Numbered from the stretch's first letter, positions 1-9,145 are shown. The stretch: DNA of 64,000 nt from Clostridia bacterium (GCA_017545535.1 JAFWMS010000033.1:41889-105888); one strand, 5' to 3'. Notes: generated from the sequence alone by a model not told the origin. Program-made: numbers and translations.

Positions 1-548
1 CGGTCCGTCAGGTGGACCGGCAGGATCGGGGCCGGGGCTATACCCGGGAAAGCCTGCCTCCCTGCGACGGCCTAATCACGAACGATCCCGAAGTGACCCT
101 CATCACCGGCCACGCCGACTGCATGGCCTTCTACTTCTTCGATCCGGTGAAAAAGGCCATCGGCCTTTGCCACGCCGGGTGGCGGGGGGCGCTCGGGCGT
201 ATCGGCGGGAACGTGATCGCCCAGATGAAGCGGGCCTACGGCTCCGATCCTAAGGACATGCTCTGCGGCGTGGGGCCCTCCATCTGCCCCAAGTGCTTTG
301 AGGTGGGGGAGGACGTGTGCGAAAGCTTCGAGACGGCGTTCCCTCTTTGCCCCTTGCGGGGGATCAACGAGCGGGGCAACCCCACGGTGGACCTGTGGCA
401 GGTGGCCGCCTGCCAGTTCATGGAGCAGGGCGTGCTCCCCGAGAACATCCACCTCATGGGCGTTTGCACCAAGGAGACCATGAACCTCTATTCCTACCGT
501 CGGGAGGGCCGCACGGGGGGCATGGCCGCCTTCTTACGGCTGAAATAA
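1..548 (+). CDS. pgeF: YfiH/PgeF family (DUF152, laccase-domain) protein, 5' end cut by window edge
   Basis: Frame is open to the window edge. Family motifs GHADC, CHAGWRG and C-terminal CT..NLYSYRREG are present. Confidence 0.8.
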   Translation, partial: VRQVDRQDRGRGYTRESLPPCDGLITNDPEVTLITGHADCMAFYFFDPVKKAIGLCHAGWRGALGRIGGNVIAQMKRAYGSDPKDMLCGVGPSICPKCFEVGEDVCESFETAFPLCPLRGINERGNPTVDLWQVAACQFMEQGVLPENIHLMGVCTKETMNLYSYRREGRTGGMAAFLRLK

Positions 549-590
549 AGGATTTTTCGTAAAAAAATAGCGCAAGGGACCGCCTTTGAA

Positions 591-619
591 TTGACAAGGG
601 CGGTCATTTATACTATAAT
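591..619 (+). promoter_or_regulatory. sigma-A type promoter (TTGACA-17-TATAAT)
   Basis: TTGACA at 591-596, exactly 17 nt spacer, TATAAT at 614-619, about 37 nt upstream of the ATG at 656. Confidence 0.6.
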
Positions 620-655
620 TCATAAGATTGCTTTGAAAAAACAGGAGAACATATC

Positions 656-1885
656 ATGAAACGTCAGACCAAGAAAGTTTTGCTCATCGCTGTGGCGGTG
701 CTGGTGGTCATCATTCTGGTGGCCGGGCTCATCATGCTGGTGCGGAAGGATTCCCATGGGGACAACTACTTTTCTCGCGGCAAGGCCGTTGCCACGGTGA
801 ACGGCGCGAAGATCACCCGCAACGAGTTCGCTTCGTCCCTGTACAACTACTACAGCAATATCGACACCTACAATATGTACGCCATGTACTATGGCTACGG
901 CACGTATTATGATACCTCCTCCGAGGCAGGGATGACGAGCCTGAAGAATGATATCCTCAACAACCTCATCGATGCGGAGGTCCATATCCAGATGGCCAAG
1001 GATCTGGGCATCACCCTGACGGCGGAGGAGACCGCCGCCGCGGCCCAGTCCGCCAAGGACGCTCTGGCCAACCTGAAGGAGCAGATTTTGGACAGCGCCA
1101 AGTCCTCCGGGTCCCAGACTCCGGAGACCTACGCCACCACCATGCTGGCCAACTATTTCTCCGGCATGGGTATCAATCAGAAGACCTTCCTGAAGCGCAG
1201 CGAGCATTCCGCCCTGGCGGAGACCTACGCCTCCAAGCTCCAGGAGCATTTCGCCGCGGAGCGGAACGTGCAGGACGAGGAGCTCAAGGACATCTACGCC
1301 GAGTACGCCAAGGCCTATTATCAGGATGCCTATACGGATGGCGCCTATGCCCAGAACCTCTCCTACCTGGCCTCCGAATACACCAACATCCCCTACCTCT
1401 ACATCCCCGAAAACTTCCTCTTCGTCCAGGTCATCGAGACCACCGACGAGGAAAAGTTCCAGGATATGCTGGCCAAGATCCAGGGCGGCGAGGATTTCAC
1501 CACCTATATGGCCGGTGAGGACAACGCAAGCGAGATCACCAAGAAGCTGGAGGGGGACGAGGGCGTGGCCATCGGTGAAAACGACAGTCCCTTCGACGCC
1601 GCGGTCTACATCCTGGCCAAGGACATGAACGTGGGCGACGTGGATTCCGTCCAGTCCCTGTCCAAGGATGCGGACGACAACGACGTGACCACCTACTTCA
1701 TCGTGAAGCGGGTGGAAGGGACCACTGGTCTGCTGCCCTACGAGGACGTGAAGGACGTGATCGACAGCAGCCTCAAGAGCTACGCGGAGAACAACTACTA
1801 CACCGAGCAGGTGGATGCCTGGCGGGAGAAGGCTGACATCGTCATCGACGACGAGGCGGTCCAGGCCTATAATCCGGCGGCGTAA
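656..1885 (+). CDS. membrane-anchored SurA-N/PrsA-like foldase-type protein (no clear PPIase core seen)
   Basis: N-terminal TM helix (LLIAVAVLVVIILVAGLIML), then a long helical Asp/Glu/Tyr-rich domain resembling clostridial SurA_N-domain proteins. GGAGAA RBS upstream. Confidence 0.55.
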   Translation: MKRQTKKVLLIAVAVLVVIILVAGLIMLVRKDSHGDNYFSRGKAVATVNGAKITRNEFASSLYNYYSNIDTYNMYAMYYGYGTYYDTSSEAGMTSLKNDILNNLIDAEVHIQMAKDLGITLTAEETAAAAQSAKDALANLKEQILDSAKSSGSQTPETYATTMLANYFSGMGINQKTFLKRSEHSALAETYASKLQEHFAAERNVQDEELKDIYAEYAKAYYQDAYTDGAYAQNLSYLASEYTNIPYLYIPENFLFVQVIETTDEEKFQDMLAKIQGGEDFTTYMAGEDNASEITKKLEGDEGVAIGENDSPFDAAVYILAKDMNVGDVDSVQSLSKDADDNDVTTYFIVKRVEGTTGLLPYEDVKDVIDSSLKSYAENNYYTEQVDAWREKADIVIDDEAVQAYNPAA

Positions 1886-1894
1886 GGAGAGAGC

Positions 1895-1993
1895 ATGCAC
1901 AGCCGGTTCGTTCGTTGGATGTGTATCTTCATGGCGCTGCTCATGGTCATTGGTCTCATCTTCACCATCGTGGCCAGCATCGCTTCCCTATGA
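1895..1993 (+). CDS. 32-aa hydrophobic membrane peptide (MHSRFVRWMCIFMALLMVIGLIFTIVASIASL)
   Basis: Not in the ORF track (<60 aa). AGGAGAGAG RBS overlaps the upstream stop codon and lies 4-5 nt from the ATG. One TM helix. Followed directly by a rho-independent terminator. Confidence 0.5.
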   Translation: MHSRFVRWMCIFMALLMVIGLIFTIVASIASL

Positions 1994-2000
1994 TTCAGTC

Positions 2001-2037
2001 AGGAGCCGATCATTCGGCTCCTTTTTCTTTTTTCTTT
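2001..2037 (+). terminator. rho-independent terminator
   Basis: AGGAGCCGA-tcat-TCGGCTCCT stem followed by TTTTTCTTTTTTCTTT. Confidence 0.8.
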
Positions 2038-2066
2038 GAAACGTTTCGATGGGTTGGTTCGTTATA
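2037..2066 (+). promoter_or_regulatory. ECF-type promoter candidate (TGAAAC-17-CGTTATA)
   Basis: TGAAAC at 2037-2042, 17 nt spacer, CGTTATA at 2060-2066, 34 nt upstream of the ECF sigma ATG. Resembles the GAAC/CGT architecture of autoregulated ECF promoters. Confidence 0.45.
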
Positions 2067-2099
2067 TAGGTGTAACGCGAAGGGAAAGGACGAAAGCGG

Positions 2100-2564
2100 A
2101 TGATCCAGGAGCTGTACGAACGTCATTATGAGGAGCTGTGGCGCTACTGCGTCCGGCTCTGCCGCAATGGCGAGAGGGCGTTCGACCTGGTTCAGGAGAC
2201 CTTTTTAAAGGCTCTGGAGCGGGAGGAGACCATGGCGGTCTACTCCCCCGAACAGCAGCGATCCTGGCTCTACAAGGCGGCAAGGAACCTCTTTTTGGAC
2301 GGCGTCCGTAAGAGCGCCCTGCTCCAGCGGAAGCAAAGCCTGCTTCTTGACGGGGAGGAGGGGGAGGAGGACGGCTTCTCCCGGGCGGAGACGGAGCTGC
2401 TGCTGCTCAGACTGCCCCCGGAGGACAGGACCCTCTTCCGCCTTCGTTACCTGGAGGGATACAGCGCCGTGGAGCTCGCTGAGATGTTCGACATGCCCTC
2501 CGCCACCGTCCGCACCAAACTTCTTCGCGCCAGACAACTGTTAAAAAAGGAGATAAGCCTATGA
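2100..2564 (+). CDS. ECF-type RNA polymerase sigma-70 family factor
   Basis: 154 aa. Region 2 (FDLVQETFLKAL) and region 4 HTH (GYSAVELAEMFDMPSATVRTKLLRARQLL) are typical of ECF sigmas. Confidence 0.85.
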   Translation: MIQELYERHYEELWRYCVRLCRNGERAFDLVQETFLKALEREETMAVYSPEQQRSWLYKAARNLFLDGVRKSALLQRKQSLLLDGEEGEEDGFSRAETELLLLRLPPEDRTLFRLRYLEGYSAVELAEMFDMPSATVRTKLLRARQLLKKEISL

Positions 2565-2698
2565 AACGCATTGAGTCCAACACGAAATCCCGCGAGCCCT
2601 TTCGGCCCTTGAAGAAAGATCCCATGGAGAACCGGCCCACCTTTGACCGGTTCCCGGAACAGATCCTTTTTCCCATGACCCTGTACAGAATGAAATAA
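2561..2698 (+). CDS. 45-codon ORF translationally coupled to the ECF sigma (MKRIESNTKSREPFRPLKKDPMENRPTFDRFPEQILFPMTLYRMK)
   Basis: ATGA overlap with the sigma stop codon. Hand count gives 33/45 G/C at third codon positions, consistent with coding DNA here. No TM helix, no Cys/His. Confidence 0.35.
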   Translation: MKRIESNTKSREPFRPLKKDPMENRPTFDRFPEQILFPMTLYRMK

Positions 2699-2720
2699 GA
2701 CCGGCAAGGAGGACATAGCC

Positions 2721-3947
2721 ATGAAGAAGATGATCGTGAACTGCGCCACGTGCGATATGCGCAAGGTGAGCGAGGAAACGCTGCAGGCCTACGAGCAGAT
2801 CGTGGTGAACGCTGCCACGGTGCTCGTGACGCCGAAAACCAAAGAGCTGGTGAACCGGTACAACCTGACCCTGAACGCGGCGGACGTACAGGAGATCCCC
2901 GAGGGGGAGAACGTGCGTCTCAACCGACAGAACGGGAGCTATCAGCTCACCGGCGACAGTGCGCCCCGAGAGGGGGAGCTGACCATCCTGATGGTCAACG
3001 GCTCCCTGACCATCGGCGACGACGCTTTGGAGGCGGCCCAGGCCTATTTCAGCATCCAGGTGAACGGCTCTGTGCTCATGCCCAAAAGCATGGCGGGCAA
3101 GCTCAGCAACCTGAGCGTCAACGGCTCCACCAGCACCTATCCCGACGGGGCCATCCTGCTCCGGCGGAACGCCGTCATCGACAAGACCTTCCCCCTCAGG
3201 GTCCGGGAGAACGCTCTCTACTGGGCCTCCCGGCGGCTGGTGTTCACGGACGCTGATCTGGACGTGGGGAAGTTGGCGGAGAAAGGGGTCCGGTTCGCCA
3301 GCCGGCTGGCCATCTTGGCGGAATCCCTGGCGGAAGCGGTGACCCCCCTGTTGACGGAGGACACAGAGATACTCATCGTCCCCGACGGCACGAAGTTCGC
3401 CAACGGCTATGCAGTCATGGACAAGCGCTTTTTGAAGAAGCACGGCACGAAGCTCTATTGTAACGGGGATTTGATCGTGAAGCCGGAGGCCGTCGACGTG
3501 ATCCCTGAGATCGAGTACCTGTACGTGAACGGGCAGGTGAAGATCCCCCAGGACCTGGTGGACGCCTTCGAGGAGATCGACGCGGAGTACGAGGAGCTGG
3601 TCATCCAGAAGCCCTATGGCAAGGTCATCGAGGACGTGGTCCGGGCCGCCGTGGACACAAAGCTGCTGGAGAAGTATCCGGACGGGGTTCAGGTGACGGA
3701 CTGCGCCATGGTGCGCATCGCCAAGGACGTTTCGCCGGAGCTGATATTGGACCGCCTTTCTATCTCCGATTGCGCCAAGGTCTTCTGCACCGAGGAGCAG
3801 GAGGCCGCCGTCAGCGCCGTGTCGAAGGACGTGGCCATGATCGGCAGCTGTGACGAAGAGGAGGAGAGCATCCTGGACATGGTGACCGGCAGCCTCAATT
3901 TGAATCCCAACTTGAAGGTGATCAATGCCGCGGATTATGTGATGTAA
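2721..3947 (+). CDS. 408-aa cytoplasmic repeat protein of unknown function (recurrent h-h-N/D-G/A/C-x-x-h-x-h units)
   Basis: AAGGAGG RBS. No signal peptide or TM helix. Repeated short units: IVNCATCDM, VVNAATVLV, TLNAADVQE, MVNGSLTIG, QVNGSVLMP, SVNGSTSTY, YCNGDLIVK, YVNGQVKIP, VTDCAMVRI, ISDCAKVFC, VINAADYVM. No family recognised. Confidence 0.7.
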   Translation: MKKMIVNCATCDMRKVSEETLQAYEQIVVNAATVLVTPKTKELVNRYNLTLNAADVQEIPEGENVRLNRQNGSYQLTGDSAPREGELTILMVNGSLTIGDDALEAAQAYFSIQVNGSVLMPKSMAGKLSNLSVNGSTSTYPDGAILLRRNAVIDKTFPLRVRENALYWASRRLVFTDADLDVGKLAEKGVRFASRLAILAESLAEAVTPLLTEDTEILIVPDGTKFANGYAVMDKRFLKKHGTKLYCNGDLIVKPEAVDVIPEIEYLYVNGQVKIPQDLVDAFEEIDAEYEELVIQKPYGKVIEDVVRAAVDTKLLEKYPDGVQVTDCAMVRIAKDVSPELILDRLSISDCAKVFCTEEQEAAVSAVSKDVAMIGSCDEEEESILDMVTGSLNLNPNLKVINAADYVM

Positions 3948-3958
3948 ACAAAAAAACC

Positions 3959-3991
3959 AAAGCCTGCCGGGCTGTTCCGACAGGCTTTTTT
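3959..3991. terminator. bidirectional terminator between convergent genes
   Basis: AAAGCCTG...CAGGCTTT stem flanked by an A-run and a T-run. Confidence 0.65.
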
Positions 3992-4811
3992 ACTGTTCGC
4001 TCTTCAGTTCCAGGGCCCTGGCGTAGACCTGCTTCTTGGGAAGCTTCAGCGCTTCGCTAGCCTCCCGGGCGGCGTCCTTCAGGGTCATGTGGTCCATAAG
4101 CTTCAGCAAAAGAACATTCAAGTCTTCTTCCGTGGAAGCGGCCTCTGTCTTTTGGGGGATGCTGAACAGCAATACGCATTCACCCTTTACTTCCCCGGGC
4201 AGGGTGGAGAGGACCTCTGAGATGGTCCCCCGCTGGCAGCTTTCGTGAACCTTGGTCAACTCTCGCACCAACGCGCAGGGGCAGTCCCCCGCCGCGGCCA
4301 GCACGTCGGACAGGGTCTCCTTCACCCTGTGAGGGCTTTCGTAGAGGATGACCGTACAGCCGCAGACGGCTACGTCTGCCAAGGCTTGCTTGCGCTCGGC
4401 CCCTTCTCGGGGCAAAAAACCAAAGAAGGTGAATCGATCCAAAGGAAGGCCCGAGAGCACCGCCGCCGTCAGCACCGCCGAAGGACCGGGAAGGACGGTA
4501 TAAGGAAGGTCTGCTTCCAGACACGCCTGCACCAGCACGGCCCCCGGGTCGGAGATGCCGGGCATGCCCGCGTCCGATACATAGGCGATATCAAAACCAG
4601 CCCGCAGCTTTTCCAAAAGCTGCGGCGCCTTCTCCTTCTGGGTGTATTCGTGACAGCTGACAAGGGGCTTTTTGATATCCAGATGGTTCAACAGCTTCGC
4701 CGTCTGCCGGGTGTCCTCGCACCAGACTTCGTCGCAGCTTTTCAGCGTCTCCACCGCCCGATAGGTGATGTCTCCCAGGTTTCCGATGGGCGTGGCGATC
4801 AGGTACAGCAT
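3990..4811 (-). CDS. rsmI: 16S rRNA (cytidine1402-2'-O)-methyltransferase
   Basis: N-terminus MLYLIATPIGNLGDITYRAVETLK and tetrapyrrole-methylase fold motifs. 273 aa. Confidence 0.9.
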   Translation of the reverse strand: MLYLIATPIGNLGDITYRAVETLKSCDEVWCEDTRQTAKLLNHLDIKKPLVSCHEYTQKEKAPQLLEKLRAGFDIAYVSDAGMPGISDPGAVLVQACLEADLPYTVLPGPSAVLTAAVLSGLPLDRFTFFGFLPREGAERKQALADVAVCGCTVILYESPHRVKETLSDVLAAAGDCPCALVRELTKVHESCQRGTISEVLSTLPGEVKGECVLLFSIPQKTEAASTEEDLNVLLLKLMDHMTLKDAAREASEALKLPKKQVYARALELKSEQ

Positions 4812-5719
4812 CAGCGGTCCCCCTCTTTTTTTACGCGCAGACTTTCCCCGTCGAAGACGATGGCCCGGGAGATGGCCGCGTCCAGTATGCGGGAGGCGGT
4901 CCTTTCACCGTATCGTTCCGCCAACTCATCGGAATTCAGGTTGGAGATGTACACGGTGGCCAACCGGCTGGTGTTGCGCTGGTCGGCGATGGCGAACAGG
5001 GATTCCGCCGTCACATTGGGGATCATGGCCTCCGTGCCCAGATCGTCCAGCACCAACAGAGGCACCCGGGTGAACCGGGCCAGAGGGGAATCGTTGGTGG
5101 AGAATCCCTTCATGATCTCCTCGTTCATGCGATAGGCGGTGAGCCGCAGCGTCTCGATGCCATGCTCGATGGCCCGGGCGGCGATGGCGTTGCCCATAAA
5201 GCTCTTGCCGCGGCCCGTCATGCCATACAGATACAGCTGGCGGATCTTGGGCGTGGGCAGGGTGTCGGCATACTTTTCACAGAAGGCAAACACCTTTTTT
5301 CCCTTCTGTCGGGAAGCTTCGTCCGGATAGATGTCCTCCCGAAAGCCCTCGAAGGTCTCCCGTTCGTTGATCCGGGCGGCCTCCGCCAGATACTGCTGCT
5401 CCAGCTTCAGCCGGCAGGCGCACTTTTGCCGGACGGGGTCCCCTACGTAGCCCGTGTCCTTGCACAGGGGGCAGACGTAGGCGGGCAGCAGATAATCCCG
5501 GGGCAGGCCGTGCTTTTTGAGCAGCGCTTCCTCCTCCATCCGCAGAGTGGAAAGGGTCAGCTTGGCTCCCTGGGCGGGCATGAAGAACACCCGGCTCCGC
5601 TTAGCTCGCAGGGCAGAGAAGGCCGGGTCCAAAGCGGCGCATTCTCGCTGACGCGCCTCCAGCTGTCGGACGCTCCGGCGGCGCAGGTCTGCATAATAGG
5701 CTTCCAGATCGTGTTTCAT
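4811..5719 (-). CDS. DnaC/DnaI-like AAA+ helicase-loader protein
   Basis: Walker A GMTGRGKS and Walker B LLVLDDLG, plus an N-terminal Cys cluster (CPLCKDTG..C). The stop overlaps the rsmI start by 1 nt (TGATG). Confidence 0.8.
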   Translation of the reverse strand: MKHDLEAYYADLRRRSVRQLEARQRECAALDPAFSALRAKRSRVFFMPAQGAKLTLSTLRMEEEALLKKHGLPRDYLLPAYVCPLCKDTGYVGDPVRQKCACRLKLEQQYLAEAARINERETFEGFREDIYPDEASRQKGKKVFAFCEKYADTLPTPKIRQLYLYGMTGRGKSFMGNAIAARAIEHGIETLRLTAYRMNEEIMKGFSTNDSPLARFTRVPLLVLDDLGTEAMIPNVTAESLFAIADQRNTSRLATVYISNLNSDELAERYGERTASRILDAAISRAIVFDGESLRVKKEGDR

Positions 5720-6957
5720 AGCTCGTCCAAATCCAAAGCGATATCGTCCAAATTGGCGTGGGACACGCCCTGTTCGGCATAGTTGAGGAGCGTATTCTTT
5801 CCTCGGGTCCGGCGGTGTCCGTCAGCCTGGGCGAACTGGGCCTGTCGCTGCTGCAGGGCCTTCGTCGCCTCTGCCACGGTCCGCACCTTTCGCTCCGTCC
5901 AATCCTTCAAAATGGCCTTCAGCTTTCCAAAGGGCCGCTCCGCGTCGGCGCACTCCTCCGCGGCCAGCAGCACCACCTCCCGGCTCAGGCCCTCCGGTCC
6001 CTCCAGGAACACGGCAAGCTGCCGGATCTCGTCCCGGGTGGGGGTGGATACCTTGCCCATACGGGCGAAGACCATGCGGGCGAACTCCTTTTCGTCACTC
6101 ACGCTGTCGCTGTCCGCCCGGATATCCTCGGCCTTCACCTTGTTCTGCTCGTAGAGCTCCCTGAGCCTATCTCCCAACGCCTCGAAGGAGGGGCTGGAGG
6201 TGTTGGTAAGCCTGGGACACACGGCCAAGATGGCCTCGTCATCGAAGCCCCATTCCCTGACCCAACTGTCGTAGAGAGCCATCTCGTCCAGGGTGGGGGA
6301 GCGGCGCTTGTTCCAGCGGCGCAGCACCGCCGTGGCTCCGTGCTTGCGGACGGTGGCGTTGGCGATATACTCCCGCGCCTGCTCGTAGGTGACGATCCCC
6401 GCGTCCGCCCAGCTTTTAGCTACGGTGAGGATGTACTGGATGCGCACGTTCCGGCCCTTTTCCTCCATGCAGTGGCTCACCAGCTCCAGGACCGTCTTCT
6501 CCTCCAACCGGAAGGTCTCGATGCAGTCGTAGATGTGGCCCAGCTCGTTCATGTTGAAGCGGCGGGGGGCGATGAGCTCGTTGAGAGCCCGGATGAAGGA
6601 TCGGTACTTCACCGGCACCGCCGTGGTCACCGCCGGCTGCTCCACCGTGAGATATTCCACCTCCAGGGGCTCGTCCTTCAGGATGCGGACCAGGCCCTTG
6701 CTCTGCCAGTAGACGAAGGCGGCCCGGACGGCCCCCTCCGGCAAATTTAAGGCTTCCGAAAGAGCCACGTCCCCCATGGAGGGGAAGCGGCACTGCATGA
6801 GGCCATAGAGGTACACCTTCACGGCCTCGCCGTCGGCGTCAGGCATGTATTCGCTGAAAAACAGGTTGTCCACCGGGGTCTGTTCCCTTTTTTGGGCCTC
6901 GGGCGAAAAATGGATGTTCATATGGGAAAGTATAGCATAGGAAAAAAGTTCTTGCAA
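5716..6957 (-). CDS. DnaD-domain replication initiation/primosome protein (DnaB/DnaD-like)
   Basis: Duplicated DnaD-like winged-helix regions (VKVYLYG.., ILTVAKSWADAGIVTYEQAREY). ATGA overlap with the downstream loader gene. Start uncertain: 6921 (MNIHF) is an alternative. Confidence 0.7.
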   Translation of the reverse strand: MQELFSYAILSHMNIHFSPEAQKREQTPVDNLFFSEYMPDADGEAVKVYLYGLMQCRFPSMGDVALSEALNLPEGAVRAAFVYWQSKGLVRILKDEPLEVEYLTVEQPAVTTAVPVKYRSFIRALNELIAPRRFNMNELGHIYDCIETFRLEEKTVLELVSHCMEEKGRNVRIQYILTVAKSWADAGIVTYEQAREYIANATVRKHGATAVLRRWNKRRSPTLDEMALYDSWVREWGFDDEAILAVCPRLTNTSSPSFEALGDRLRELYEQNKVKAEDIRADSDSVSDEKEFARMVFARMGKVSTPTRDEIRQLAVFLEGPEGLSREVVLLAAEECADAERPFGKLKAILKDWTERKVRTVAEATKALQQRQAQFAQADGHRRTRGKNTLLNYAEQGVSHANLDDIALDLDEL

Positions 6958-7071
6958 GGCAGGGAATGGGACAGAATCGGACTTCCGTCCCCTGCCTCGA
7001 CTAAGAAAAATTTACCGCTTGTTCGCTAAATATCTATTTATTCTGCAATAAATGCCGCATATAATGATATC

Positions 7072-8160
7072 ATGAGCACGAAGAGGAAGCGTTCCCGCAA
7101 AAAACAAAAGGTCTACACCGTCCACTGGCCCATCCTCATGGGCTTTACGGCGCTGCTGGTGGCTTTGGTCCTGTTGGCGGTGGGCGTCATCCGCGCCTGC
7201 GCTCTGCCGGAGGGGGATGCCTTCTCCGCGGGGGAGACGCCGGAACCCATCATCGCCGCTCCCACCCGCTCGCCCATCCCGGTGGACATCGACTTCACCA
7301 AGGTCCACAAGACCCATGTGAAGGTCTTCTTCCCGGACGAGGGGGAGGTGCGGGACATGCTTTTGGAGGAGTATCTCATGGGCGTGGTCTCCGGCGAGAT
7401 GCCCGCCTCCTATTCCCTCGAAGCAGTGAAGGCCCAGGCAGTGGCCGCCCGGACCTATACCCTCTATTCCATCCAGCACGGGGGCTGCAAAACCAACCCC
7501 AACGCGGACATCTGCACCTCCAGCAGCTGCTGCCAGACCTACAACTCCGAAAAGCGGGAGCACGATAAGTGGGGCGATTCCTACCCCTATTACCATTCCG
7601 TCATCGCCAAGGCGGTCATGGACACGGCGGGGGAGGTCATGCTCTATAACGGCAAGGTCATCGACGCCATGTACCACGGCGCTTCCGGCGGCTGGACCGA
7701 GGACAGCGAAAACGTATACAGCAACGCCATCCCCTACCTTAGATCCGTGGAGAGCGCCCATGAGATCGGCAGCCGCCAGATCGGCGAGGTGTCCTTCGGC
7801 CGGGAGGAGTTCGTGAGCCGGGTCAACGGCGCCCGGCCCAACGCCCACATGGATGCAGACAAGCTGGAGGAGGAACTGAAGATCCTTTCCCTCTATCCCA
7901 GCGGCCGGGTGGAAAAGCTCCAGCTGAATCAGGACGTGATCACCGGCAAGACCGCCCGTAAGATCTTCGGTCTGAACAGCGCCATGTTCACCGTAGAGAT
8001 CACGGATCGGCAGGTCATCTTCCACACCAAGGGCTTCGGCCACGGGGTAGGCATGAGCCAGGCGGGCGCCAACGGCATGGGTGCCGACGGGGCGGACTAC
8101 AGGACCATCCTGCTCCACTACTATACCGGCGTCACCATCGGCGTCATCGGGCAGTATTGA
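7072..8160 (+). CDS. spoIID: stage II sporulation protein D (SpoIID/LytB lytic transglycosylase domain)
   Basis: N-terminal TM helix. Motifs LEAVKAQAVAARTY, AMYHGASGG and HGVGMSQAGA are typical of SpoIID. Confidence 0.85.
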   Translation: MSTKRKRSRKKQKVYTVHWPILMGFTALLVALVLLAVGVIRACALPEGDAFSAGETPEPIIAAPTRSPIPVDIDFTKVHKTHVKVFFPDEGEVRDMLLEEYLMGVVSGEMPASYSLEAVKAQAVAARTYTLYSIQHGGCKTNPNADICTSSSCCQTYNSEKREHDKWGDSYPYYHSVIAKAVMDTAGEVMLYNGKVIDAMYHGASGGWTEDSENVYSNAIPYLRSVESAHEIGSRQIGEVSFGREEFVSRVNGARPNAHMDADKLEEELKILSLYPSGRVEKLQLNQDVITGKTARKIFGLNSAMFTVEITDRQVIFHTKGFGHGVGMSQAGANGMGADGADYRTILLHYYTGVTIGVIGQY

Positions 8161-8162
8161 CC

Positions 8163-8801
8163 ATGCGCTGGGAATCCTTGCAATATAAGCATTTCGGCAT
8201 CTACCAGGACGAGGCATTGGGCCGGTTCACCGAGGATCCGGTGCACCTCGTCCATTTCCTTGAGGCCAAGCCCACCGAGCGGGCCCTGGATCTGGGCACG
8301 GGCAACGGCATCATCCCTCTGTACGCCAACGCCCTCTATGGCTGTCCCTTTGCGGGACTCGATACGGACGATCGGCAGCTGAGCCTGGCCCGCATGTCCG
8401 CAGAACGGAACGGCCAGGCCATCCCCTTCTATTGTCTGGACGTATCTGAAGCGGCCAGGACTCTGGGCTACGGCCAGTTCGATCTTGTCACCATGAACCC
8501 GCCCTACTATTCCGCCGCCTCCGCCGGGGAGGATCCCCAACGGGCCCGGCAGCGGCATTCCGACAGGCTGGCCGACTTTGTGCAGGCTGCCTTCGATCTT
8601 TTGAACAACGGGGGCCGTCTCTGCCTTTGCTATCGGCCGGACGGATTGGCGGATCTGGTGGCCCTGCTGCGGGAGAAGCGGCTGGAGCCCAAAAAGCTGG
8701 AGCTGCGGGTGCAGGCCAAGCGAGGGAAGCTGGTGCTGTTGGAAGCCAAAAAATTGGCAAAGCCTGGTATGGATATTTTCGTTTCCGCGGGAGCAGAATA
8801 A
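8163..8801 (+). CDS. N6-adenine-type SAM methyltransferase (TrmN6/YabB-like)
   Basis: SAM motif LDLGTGNG and catalytic MNPPY. TTG at 8157 is an alternative start. Confidence 0.7.
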   Translation: MRWESLQYKHFGIYQDEALGRFTEDPVHLVHFLEAKPTERALDLGTGNGIIPLYANALYGCPFAGLDTDDRQLSLARMSAERNGQAIPFYCLDVSEAARTLGYGQFDLVTMNPPYYSAASAGEDPQRARQRHSDRLADFVQAAFDLLNNGGRLCLCYRPDGLADLVALLREKRLEPKKLELRVQAKRGKLVLLEAKKLAKPGMDIFVSAGAE

Positions 8802-8832
8802 GGGCATCACTTGAAAAAAGGAGGTATGCCCC

Positions 8833-9087
8833 TTGAAACGAAATAAGATCCGGATCTTGCTCGGGACGGTGCTGACGGCGGTCGGCCTGATCAGCGGCTG
8901 TACCTGCCGCGCCAGCGTGAAGCCCATGGCCACCACGGCGCCCACGCGGACGGCCACCATGGCGCCCGTGGCCACGGCGATCGTTACGGTCGTTCCTACG
9001 CCCAGCGCGACGCCCATGGCATCGAGTTCCATCAGCCCCTCGATCAGCCCTTCGACCACCGAAGGAACGGGCAGCGGCACCCCGTGA
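8833..9087 (+). CDS. small Thr/Ala/Pro-rich lipoprotein
   Basis: TTG start 8 nt after GGAGG. Lipobox LISGC after a basic/hydrophobic signal. High GC3. Confidence 0.55.
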   Translation: MKRNKIRILLGTVLTAVGLISGCTCRASVKPMATTAPTRTATMAPVATAIVTVVPTPSATPMASSSISPSISPSTTEGTGSGTP

Positions 9088-9110
9088 TCGGGCCCGAAAA
9101 AACTCAAGTG

Positions 9111-9145
9111 AAAACAGGACGGCATAGCGTCCTGTTTTTGCGTTT
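9111..9145 (+). terminator. rho-independent terminator
   Basis: AAAACAGGAC-ggcatagc-GTCCTGTTTT stem plus T-rich tail. Confidence 0.75.

Noticed and set aside
620-1900. Long antisense ORFs opposite well-supported genes. Examples: 620-1900 (-), 7012-8217 (-), 10833-12656 (-), 24745-25998 (-), 45726-48173 (+), 54092-56590 (-), 61362-63254 (+).
   Set aside because: These are typical shadow ORFs of high-GC coding DNA. Their translations are Gly/Arg/Ala/His/Leu/Val-rich low-complexity strings with no motifs, while the opposite strand carries clearly recognisable conserved proteins.
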